NCBI GenBank assembly: GCA_036149055.1
Contig: JAYZQJ010000163.1
Span: forward strand, 1 to 26,147
Source of the DNA: Myxococcota bacterium
Lineage (GTDB): Bacteria; Myxococcota_A; Polyangia; Polyangiales; Sandaracinaceae
DNA: 26,147 bases
Reading direction: 5' to 3'
Within the stretch, counting starts at the first letter, position 1. Every line of letters begins with the position of its first letter. Below are positions 16,371 to 26,147 of the stretch, one piece after another. A model generated the notes under the pieces. It was not told where the DNA came from and searched no databases. It saw only the letters and a list, made by a program, of their open reading frames with translations. The position numbers were made by a program, and so were the translations under genes.

Positions 16371-16626
16371 TCTTTTTGGGCGACCAGGCGGTCACGGAAT
16401 TGGGGGGGCGCACGCGTTCCGTCACACCACCGGGAGCGCGGGGCTCGGGGTGTGGTACACCGCTGTCGTCGCGCGGGTGAACGAGCCGAGGCCATCGAGC
16501 CGGTTCGGGGCACCTCAGCCATCCTGGCGCGCGGTTCCAAGCCCGGTCGAGCGCTGAGTCTGGAGATTCAGCGGCGAACGGGGACGGCGACGTGCCGTCA
16601 CAATACGAGAGAGAGAACGAGAGAAC

Positions 16627-16923
16627 ATGTCCAACAAGCTTTTCGTCGGCAGCCTGAGCTGGAACACGGACGACCACGGCCTCGCGGCCGCGTTCGAGCG
16701 TTTCGGTGAGATCACGGACGCCAAGGTCATCACGGACCGCGACTCCGGTCGCAGCCGTGGCTTCGGCTTCGTCACCTTTGCCGACCCGAGCGCCGCCCAG
16801 AACGCGGTGCGCGAGATGAACGGCGTCGAGATCGACGGCCGCTCGGTCAACGTCGACATCGCGCAGGAGCGCGGTGGCGGCGGCGGTGGTCGCCGCGGTG
16901 GCGGCGGCGGCGGTCGCTGGTAG
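16627..16923 (+). CDS. RRM (RNP-1) RNA-binding protein with Gly/Arg-rich tail, 98 aa
   Basis: RNP2 KLFVGSL, RNP1 RGFGFVTF, tail RGGGGGGRRGGGGGGRW. Confidence 0.97.
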   Translation: MSNKLFVGSLSWNTDDHGLAAAFERFGEITDAKVITDRDSGRSRGFGFVTFADPSAAQNAVREMNGVEIDGRSVNVDIAQERGGGGGGRRGGGGGGRW

Positions 16924-16950
16924 TCCCAGCCCGCTCCGAGACAGAACAGA

Positions 16951-16988
16951 AGAGCCGGCGTCCCTCGGGGCGCCGGCTCTCTTCGTTT
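16951..16988. terminator. Intrinsic terminator hairpin, probably bidirectional
   Basis: AGAGCCGGCG-TCCCTCGGGG-CGCCGGCTCT followed by CTTCGTTT and preceded by A-rich ACAGAACAGA; sits between convergent genes. Confidence 0.8.
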
Positions 16989-16998
16989 AAAGGCTCGA

Positions 16999-17424
16999 TC
17001 AACGCTGGCAGTGCTGATCGATCACCGTCTCGAGCTGCCCGCAGGCGAACGCGCAGTCGAACTGGCTCGGGTCCCCGGCGCAGCGCTCCCGGCAGCGGAC
17101 CTCCGCCGTCGAGGCGCCGCGGTCGCAGTAGCCCGGCGGCACCTCGGCGATCTGCAGGCAGCGCCGCAGCATCATCTGGCCGCCGCTCGCGCAGGAGATG
17201 TCGCGCCCGCAGGCCCGGACCTCCTCGTGCGCCGCGTCGTGGCACTCCGCGATCGGCCGCCCCTGATAGGCCTCCGCCCGGGCCACGCCCTGGCGCGCGG
17301 TCTCGGCGGTCTGCTGCCCCCACTCGAGGACCAGCAGCCCCATCACGCAGCAGCCGGCCAGCCCGAGGAGCGCGAGGACGCCGAGCACGATGAAGAGGGT
17401 CTTCTTCGAAGAGCCTTCGCTCAT
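16999..17424 (-). CDS. Small membrane-anchored Cys-rich hypothetical protein, 141 aa
   Basis: KK followed by hydrophobic TLFIVLGVLALLGLAGCCVMGLLVL, then a domain with 10 Cys residues. Confidence 0.8.
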   Translation of the reverse strand: MSEGSSKKTLFIVLGVLALLGLAGCCVMGLLVLEWGQQTAETARQGVARAEAYQGRPIAECHDAAHEEVRACGRDISCASGGQMMLRRCLQIAEVPPGYCDRGASTAEVRCRERCAGDPSQFDCAFACGQLETVIDQHCQR

Positions 17425-17430
17425 CGCGCT

Positions 17431-17459
17431 CGGTTACCCCGCGCTCCCGCGGCGGTCAA
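17431..17459 (-). promoter_or_regulatory. Putative leaderless promoter TTGACC-N17-TAACCG-N6-ATG
   Basis: Near-consensus -35, exact 17-bp spacer, ATG 6 nt after the -10, no Shine-Dalgarno; the -10 lacks the final T. Confidence 0.4.
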
Positions 17460-17466
17460 CGCGGGG

Positions 17467-20451
<2,985 letters not shown>

Positions 20452-20584
20452 GTGTCGAGCTTCCTCCAGGCTCCTTCTACGACGACCGCGCCCCAGCCTT
20501 CCTGCGTTTCAGGCGACCGCGAGCCAGCCGCGTTTCACGGCGTCGGAGAGGCTGGAAGCCAACAGTCACGGCGAAAAAAGGGCG

Positions 20585-20590
20585 TATACT
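20585..20590 (+). promoter_or_regulatory. Putative -10 box TATACT, 8 nt upstream of the ATG at 20599
   Basis: Near-consensus -10 preceded by an A-tract; no Shine-Dalgarno; no clear -35. Confidence 0.45.
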
Positions 20591-20598
20591 CTACATGC

Positions 20599-23500
20599 AT
20601 GGCGGCCGACGGCGAGTCAGCGCACGAGCCGATCTCGTACAGCCAGCTGGAGGCGGTGCCGTCGGCGGACGGGGTCTCGCACGCGAGCCTCGAGGCCGCC
20701 ATACGGCTGCTCGAGGCGGAGCTGTCGGGGGCCCGCGGCGACGAGGACCGCGCCCAGCTCTCGCTCGAGCTCGGCCTGCTCCACCTCGAGGCCGGTGACC
20801 TCGAGCGCGCGGGCGAGCGCCTCGGCGCGGCCGGCGGGAGCGCGGCGGCGGTCCGGCTCCGGACCGAGCTCGCGATCCGGCGCGCGGATCCGGGGGCGCT
20901 CGCCGAGGCGGTGGCCGCCGAGCTCGCGCTCGCCGAGGGCAACGCCGCGCGCGCGTCGCTCCGGGTGGCGCAGGGCCGGCTCGAGGCCACCGACGAGGGC
21001 GCGCTCGCGGCGTTCACCGAGGCGGCGGCGCTCGAGTCCGGGGTGGAGGCGTGCCTGGCCGCCGAGCGGGCGTTCGTGCGGGCCGGTCGCGACGGGGAGG
21101 CGGGCGACGTGGCCCGGGTCGCGGCGGAGCGCCTGCAGTCCCCCGAGGCCAAGGCCGAGTGGCTCGCGCGCGCCGCCCGCTACGCCTCGCGGGCCGGTCA
21201 GCCCCAGGACGCCGCCGCCGCGCTGCGCCGGGCCACCGAGCTGGCGCCCGAGGCCGCGTCGGTGCGGCTGGGCTGGGAGCTGCTCGCGGCCCGCAGCCGG
21301 GATCCGGCGCGCTGGATCGAGCTGCGCTCGCTCGCCCTCGATCGCGGCGCCGACCCCGCCGACGCGATCGACGCCGGCATCCTCGCCCGCTACCGCCTGC
21401 GCGACGGCGCGATGGCGCGCGCCTTCTTCGACCACGCGTTCGAGCGGGCGGAGGGAGACGCCAAGCGCTTCCTCGCCGGCGAGCTGGTGACGATGGTGGA
21501 TCCGATCGAGGAGCTGCCACGCTGGCTCGAGCTGACCGAGGCGCGGCGCGCCCTCACCGAGGACCCGGAGGCCCGAGCCCAGCTCGAGCACGAGCTCGCG
21601 CGCGGCTTCGCCGATCTCGCCGACGACCCGGAGCGGGCCCGGGAGCACGCGCTCGCCTGCCTCGCGCTGGCCCCTGCGCACGCCCCCGCGCTCGAGCTCC
21701 TCGCGCGCCTCGACCGAGGCGTGGGGCCGGAGCTGGCCGCTGCGTGGCGCCGCGCCGCCGAGGCCACCGAGGACCCGGCGCTCCGGGCCGACGCGCTCGC
21801 CCGGGTGGCGGACGCCGATCGGGAGTCCGCGCCGCTCGCCTGGGTGGAGGCGGAGGCGGCCGCGCCCGGAGACCTCGGCGCCCTCGCCGGCCTCGAGCGC
21901 GCGTTCGCCGACCCCGCCGCGCCCGAGCGCGTGCAGGCCCTCGAGCGGGCCGCGCCCTCGTTCCAGCACCCGGTCTCGCGCCTGCGCAGCGCGCTCTCTC
22001 GCGCCGACGCCCGGGTCGCCGCCGGCGATCCGGAGGGCGCCCGCGCGATCCTCGAGGAGGCGGCCGCCACCGACGCCCAGGTCTCGCTCGCCCTCGAGGC
22101 GAAGCGGCGCCTCGAGCCGCTGCTGGCCCCGACCGAGCGCCTCGCGATCCTGCGCGAGCTGCTCGCCGCCGATCCCTGGGACGCGCTCCATCGCTGGACC
22201 ACGCTCGCCCGCGAGCTGCTCGAGTCGGGCGATCCCGACGAGCTCGCGCCGGCGCTCGCCGAGGTGCTGCCCGAGGCGCCGCTCCGTCACCCCTTCCGGC
22301 TCGTGATGCGGCGCCTGCTCGCCGAGCAGGAGCGGCCCGAGGAGCTGCGCGATCTGCACGACGCCTCGGCCGCGCTCGCCGACGGACCGGCCCGCGCCGC
22401 CTGGCTCGAGCGCGCGGCCGACGTGACCCTGCACGAGCTCGATCAGCCGGTCGCTGCCCTCGAGCGGCTGGAGGCGGCGCGCGCGCTCCTCCCTTCGGCG
22501 TCGCGGCTGGTGACGCTCTCGCGCGACATCCTCGCGCGCCGGGAGGATCACCCGGGGCTGTCGCGGCTGCCCTTCGCGGAGGACGACGCGGTGGCGTGCC
22601 TCCAGCGCGCGGCGCTGCACGAGGCGGCCGGCGATCTCGAGGCCGCCACCCGCGCCTACCTGCGGGCCGAGGCGCTGGGCCTGGAGGCGGCCGGGCGGCC
22701 CGCCGAGCGGCTGCTCGCCGAGGCCGCGGACTGGGCGTCGCTGGTCTCGCGCGCCGAGGGCGCGGCGGCGCCGGAGGCGCGGCACCGGGCGGCGGTCCTC
22801 GCGGCCGAGGAGCTCCGGGATCCGGACGCGGCCCGCGCGATCCTCGAGGGCGGCGACGGCCTCGCGCTCCTCGCCCTGCGCCACCGGGTCGACGGTGATC
22901 TCGGGGCGGTGCTCGGGCTCGCCGAGGGGTGTGACGACCCGGTGCTGGCGCGGGCCCTGCGGCGCGAGGCGGCGTGGCTGCGCACCGCGGCCGATCCCGA
23001 CGACGCGGCCGCCTGGCTCCCGATCGCCGAGGCCGATCCCTCCGACGTGCTCGCGGCCGCGCACACCACCGTGTCGCTCGCGCGCGCCGACCGGCTGAAG
23101 TCCCTCCTCGAGTTCTGGGAGGCGTCGCCGCCCCCGATCGAGCGCAGCTCGCTCGCGACCCTCGCCGCGGTGCGCATGGCGGCCGCCTACGAGGCGCTCG
23201 GCTCCCTGCGCGCGGCCGCCGACGCCGCCGCGCTCGCGGTGGAGCGGCCGGAGGCGCCGTGGCTCGCTCACCTGCAAGCCCCGCGGCTCCATCGGCTCCT
23301 CGACGATCCGGAGGGGCGCGCCCGGAGCCTGGCCGCGCTCGCCCGGCGGCTGTCCCGCGGCCCGGCCAGCGCGCGGGTCTGGCTGACGCTCGCGATCGAG
23401 CAGCGCGAGGCCGGCGACCGCGCCTCCGCGCTCGAGACCCTGGTGCGCGCGCACCGCGCGGCGCCGACCTACTACCCGGCGCTCCACGCGATCGCGGCCG

Positions 23501-25386
23501 CGAGCCCCGATCACCCGGGCCCGCTGATCGACGCGCTGATGCGAGTGCTCGAGGCGGAGACCCGGCCGCGGGAGCGCGTGATCGCCGGCGTCCGGCTCGG
23601 CGAGCTCCTCGTGGAGTCCGGGCGGCTCGAGCTCGCGCGTGAGGTCCTCGAGCGGGTCGTCGCCACCGACCCGGGCTCGCTGCCGGGGCAGCTCTGGCTC
23701 GCCGAGGTGCACGAGCGGCTCGAGGAGCCGGCCGGGGTGCTCGACGCGCTCGAGTCGGTGGCCGATCACCCGGAGCTCGACGAGGGGGCGCGGCTGCGCG
23801 CGCTGACCCGGCAGATCGATCTCGCGCTCGGCGAGCTGCAGTCCCCGAGCCGCGCCCGGCGGGCCGCGATGAAGCTCGCCGCGATCGACGCCGACCACCC
23901 GAAGGTGCTCGAGGCGACGCTCGCGGTCGCGCGCGAGGAGGACGATCCGCGGCGCATGGCCGGGGTGCTCGAGAAGCTCGTCGCGTCCGAGCGGGTGGGG
24001 GAGGGCGAGCGGGTCGGCCACCTCTTCGAGCTCGCGACCATCGAGGCCGAGCGGCTCGGGGACGTGAGCGCGGCCATCCGCGCCCTCGGCTCGATCCGCT
24101 CCCCGCAGGCGACCGAGGAGACCGTGCGCCGGCTCCTCACCCTCGGCGAGAGCAGCGGGCGCTGGGATCTGGCGAGCCAGGCGCTCGAGGCGGCGCTCGA
24201 CGACGCGACCGCGCTCGACCGCGACTGGGAGCTGACGATCCGGCGGCGCCTGGTGGCCATCTTCGAGGGCCCGCTCGAGGACGCCGAGGCGGCGGCGCGT
24301 CAGCTGCGTCGCATCGTGGCCCTCGCGCCCGGCGACCTGGCGGTGCTGCGCAAGCTCTCGGCCGCCTCGACCGATCCGGCCGAGCACCTCTCGCTGCGCC
24401 GCATGGTCTTCGCCGCCGACCCGGATCCCGAGGTGCTCGACGCGCTGCGCGAGGGCTTCGCCGCGATCGAGGACGAGGACGCGGTGTTCCTCTGCGAGGC
24501 GGTCGCGGTGGGCATGGGCTGGGGCACCGAGGAGGCGCGCTACTTCTACCGGCAGCGGCGTGCGTTCCTGCCGACGCCGAGCCCCGAGCACCAGCTGACC
24601 GACGCCCAGCTCGAGTCGCTCCTCGAGGCGCCGAGCCCGGTGGCGCGCGGGCTCCTCGGCGCGCTCGAGCCGATCCTGCACGAGGTCTTCCCGCCCGACT
24701 TCACCGCCTACGGCGTGCGGGTGGAGGCGCCGCCGGGGGAGCTGCCCGAGGGCGCGGTGGCCGAGACCGCGATGCTCTTCGGCTGCGCCCCGCCGCCGGT
24801 GCACGAGGTGGGCGCTCAGCTCGGCCCGACGGTCGAGCATCACGCGCGGGGGCCGGTGCTGCTCCTGCCGCGCACGCTCATCGACGCGCCGCAGCGCCAG
24901 CAGCGCTTCGCGCTCGGCTGCCTCTTCTACCGGCTGTCGACGCGCACGACCTGGAGCGATCCGTGCCGCCTCGAGCCGCTGCGCTCGAGCTTCCTCGGCT
25001 ACCTGCTGACCGGGCTGCAGCGGGAGCTGCGCGGGGAGCACGAGCCGGTGGGCCGCGCGATCCTCGACGACGTGCAGGCGCGCTTGCGGGACGCGATGAC
25101 CGACGAGGTGCGCGAGGCGGCCCGCGCGGTGGAGGGGTGGGAGGGCCTGGACACGGCCTCGGTCGACACGGAGGGCTTGCTGCGGGCCACCGCGCTCGCC
25201 GCCGGTCGCGCCGGCCTCGTCGCCTCTCAGGATCCGGCGGCCGCGCTCGAGGCGCTCGGGCGCTGGCCGCAGCTGCTCCACGTCGATGGGCGAGGCGCGG
25301 GGCTGCACGAGCTCATGGTCGGCTTCGCCCTCTCCGACCCCCACGCCGAGCTCCGCGAGGCGCTCGGGCTGGGGTTGATCCGATGA
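20599..25386 (+). CDS. Large TPR-like alpha-solenoid protein, ~1595 aa, of myxobacterial type
   Basis: Ala/Leu/Glu/Arg-rich helical repeats (ALRRATELAPE, CLALAPAHAPALELL, VLERVVATDPGS, LRRIVALAPGD); strong GC3 bias begins near ATG 20599, not at 20452. Confidence 0.85.
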   Translation: MAADGESAHEPISYSQLEAVPSADGVSHASLEAAIRLLEAELSGARGDEDRAQLSLELGLLHLEAGDLERAGERLGAAGGSAAAVRLRTELAIRRADPGALAEAVAAELALAEGNAARASLRVAQGRLEATDEGALAAFTEAAALESGVEACLAAERAFVRAGRDGEAGDVARVAAERLQSPEAKAEWLARAARYASRAGQPQDAAAALRRATELAPEAASVRLGWELLAARSRDPARWIELRSLALDRGADPADAIDAGILARYRLRDGAMARAFFDHAFERAEGDAKRFLAGELVTMVDPIEELPRWLELTEARRALTEDPEARAQLEHELARGFADLADDPERAREHALACLALAPAHAPALELLARLDRGVGPELAAAWRRAAEATEDPALRADALARVADADRESAPLAWVEAEAAAPGDLGALAGLERAFADPAAPERVQALERAAPSFQHPVSRLRSALSRADARVAAGDPEGARAILEEAAATDAQVSLALEAKRRLEPLLAPTERLAILRELLAADPWDALHRWTTLARELLESGDPDELAPALAEVLPEAPLRHPFRLVMRRLLAEQERPEELRDLHDASAALADGPARAAWLERAADVTLHELDQPVAALERLEAARALLPSASRLVTLSRDILARREDHPGLSRLPFAEDDAVACLQRAALHEAAGDLEAATRAYLRAEALGLEAAGRPAERLLAEAADWASLVSRAEGAAAPEARHRAAVLAAEELRDPDAARAILEGGDGLALLALRHRVDGDLGAVLGLAEGCDDPVLARALRREAAWLRTAADPDDAAAWLPIAEADPSDVLAAAHTTVSLARADRLKSLLEFWEASPPPIERSSLATLAAVRMAAAYEALGSLRAAADAAALAVERPEAPWLAHLQAPRLHRLLDDPEGRARSLAALARRLSRGPASARVWLTLAIEQREAGDRASALETLVRAHRAAPTYYPALHAIAAASPDHPGPLIDALMRVLEAETRPRERVIAGVRLGELLVESGRLELAREVLERVVATDPGSLPGQLWLAEVHERLEEPAGVLDALESVADHPELDEGARLRALTRQIDLALGELQSPSRARRAAMKLAAIDADHPKVLEATLAVAREEDDPRRMAGVLEKLVASERVGEGERVGHLFELATIEAERLGDVSAAIRALGSIRSPQATEETVRRLLTLGESSGRWDLASQALEAALDDATALDRDWELTIRRRLVAIFEGPLEDAEAAARQLRRIVALAPGDLAVLRKLSAASTDPAEHLSLRRMVFAADPDPEVLDALREGFAAIEDEDAVFLCEAVAVGMGWGTEEARYFYRQRRAFLPTPSPEHQLTDAQLESLLEAPSPVARGLLGALEPILHEVFPPDFTAYGVRVEAPPGELPEGAVAETAMLFGCAPPPVHEVGAQLGPTVEHHARGPVLLLPRTLIDAPQRQQRFALGCLFYRLSTRTTWSDPCRLEPLRSSFLGYLLTGLQRELRGEHEPVGRAILDDVQARLRDAMTDEVREAARAVEGWEGLDTASVDTEGLLRATALAAGRAGLVASQDPAAALEALGRWPQLLHVDGRGAGLHELMVGFALSDPHAELREALGLGLIR

Positions 25387-25910
25387 CCAAGACCCGCGTC
25401 GAGATCCGCTGCCCGAAGTGCTTCCGGCAGTACTCCCTCGAGCTCGACCTCGAGAAGCTCAAGCGCCTCCGTCGCCGCGCTCAGTGCGGCCGCTGCGGCG
25501 AGAGCTTCGACGTCGGGGAGCGCCTGGCCGCCGAGCGCGCCGGGGTCGAGGCCGGGCGCACCTCGCGGCGCCCCACGCGCCGACCGCCTCCGGGGGACGA
25601 CGGGCCCCGCCGGACCAGCGCCGACGAGTGGCGCCCGGTGCCGACCCCGATCGAGCGCCGCTCCGACGCCGCGCTCGACGCCTTCCGCGAGGCGAGCACC
25701 CGTCCGCCGCCGGCGCCCGCGGCCGAGACCCCCTCCGAGCCGCCGGTCGAGCTGTCCGACGACGATCTCCTGTCGCTCGCGCCGCCGCCGCCGCCCCCCG
25801 CGCCCCCGGCGCCCTCCTGGGGCGAGCTCGCCACCGTCGACCTCGCGGCGCTCCAGACCGACGAGCCCCCCGAGGTCGAGGCGCTGATGCTCCTCATCGG
25901 CGAGGCCTGA
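25383..25910 (+). CDS. MJ0042-type zinc-ribbon domain protein with Pro-rich disordered tail, 175 aa
   Basis: IRCPKCFRQY...AQCGRCGESFDV; ATGA overlap with the TPR gene stop. Confidence 0.85.
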   Translation: MTKTRVEIRCPKCFRQYSLELDLEKLKRLRRRAQCGRCGESFDVGERLAAERAGVEAGRTSRRPTRRPPPGDDGPRRTSADEWRPVPTPIERRSDAALDAFREASTRPPPAPAAETPSEPPVELSDDDLLSLAPPPPPPAPPAPSWGELATVDLAALQTDEPPEVEALMLLIGEA

Positions 25911-25987
25911 GCGGGCGCTCGAGAGGTGGCAAGTAATGGCGCCGGGGCACCCCCGCCCGCTTCCACGACTGACCCGAGACGACGGCA

Positions 25988-26145
25988 GGCGACGAGCGAA
26001 GCGATCTCGCCTCACGCGCCACCCCCACCGGTGTTCGATCCCGCGGCAGCGGGCGGCCAGCGAGCGCGCAGCGCGAGCGCGAGCCGCAGGGCCCCCAGCG
26101 CCCCGTCGCTGGGGTCGCGGCGCGAGCGCGAAGCGCGAGGCGCCG
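25988..26145. repeat. REP-like GC-rich palindromic repeat cluster
   Basis: 18-mer GCGAGCGCG(C/A)AGCGCGAG at 26060-26077 and 26122-26139 (17/18 identical) flanking the hairpin CCCCAGCG-N6-CGCTGGGG (26093-26114); related GAGCGAAGCGA inside AGGCGA...TCGCCT near 25987-26012. Confidence 0.6.
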
Positions 26146-26147
26146 AC

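Noticed and set aside
4378..16540. Apparent 400-900 aa proteins with long Arg/Pro/Gly-rich N-termini in the ORF track, suggesting fusions or overlapping genes
   Set aside because: The extensions are off-frame read-through of the upstream gene; true starts lie at the (A/G)TGA overlaps. No real multidomain fusion or programmed frameshift is needed.
16871..16915. GGC/GGT microsatellite
   Set aside because: It encodes the ordinary Gly-rich tail of the RRM protein.
20452..20598. 49-aa N-terminal extension of the TPR protein from GTG 20452
   Set aside because: It would leave no room for the divergent promoters and the upstream gene's RBS, codon usage is atypical, and a -10 box precedes ATG 20599.
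20617..25344. 1575-aa minus-strand ORF
   Set aside because: Antisense shadow of the TPR gene; strong GC3 bias removes stops in the mirror frame, and no motifs are recognisable.

Overview
Very GC-rich bacterial DNA. The gene content (Cys-rich MopE-type repeat lipoprotein, giant TPR-like protein, MJ0042 zinc ribbon, RRM protein, Rpn/DUF4351 remnant) suggests Myxococcota, probably Polyangiales/Sandaracinaceae-like; this is inference. (1) 1-2500 is a decayed accessory patch: a possible toxin-tip remnant, a transposase-like fragment, a low-GC orphan ORF, an Rpn/YhgA pseudogene with an intact C-terminal mini-ORF, and two coupled hypothetical genes. (2) 2522-4335 holds DUF924 and a Ca-binding DxDGDG-repeat lipoprotein. 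(3) 4378-16305 on the minus strand is the main feature: a tightly coupled 11-gene lipid operon in the order degenerate HAD, fatty acyl reductase, second NAD_binding_4 reductase, pyruvyl-transferase-like protein, acyl-CoA ligase, crotonase, ACP, acyl-CoA ligase, DAG-kinase-like kinase, PlsC acyltransferase, TetR. It has a sigma70-like promoter overlapped by a 14-bp palindrome. It carries the four domain types of the M. xanthus ether-lipid enzyme ElbD as separate genes, plus extra chemistry, and is a candidate undescribed ether/alkyl-lipid pathway. (4) 16627-26147 holds an RRM protein with terminator, a small Cys-rich membrane protein, a 994-aa repeat/beta-propeller/lamin-tail lipoprotein, a ~1595-aa TPR-like protein coupled to a zinc-ribbon protein, and REP-like repeats. 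Many supplied ORFs have spurious N-terminal extensions or are antisense shadows, so starts were re-called by hand. No database searches were run; family calls rest on motif recognition.
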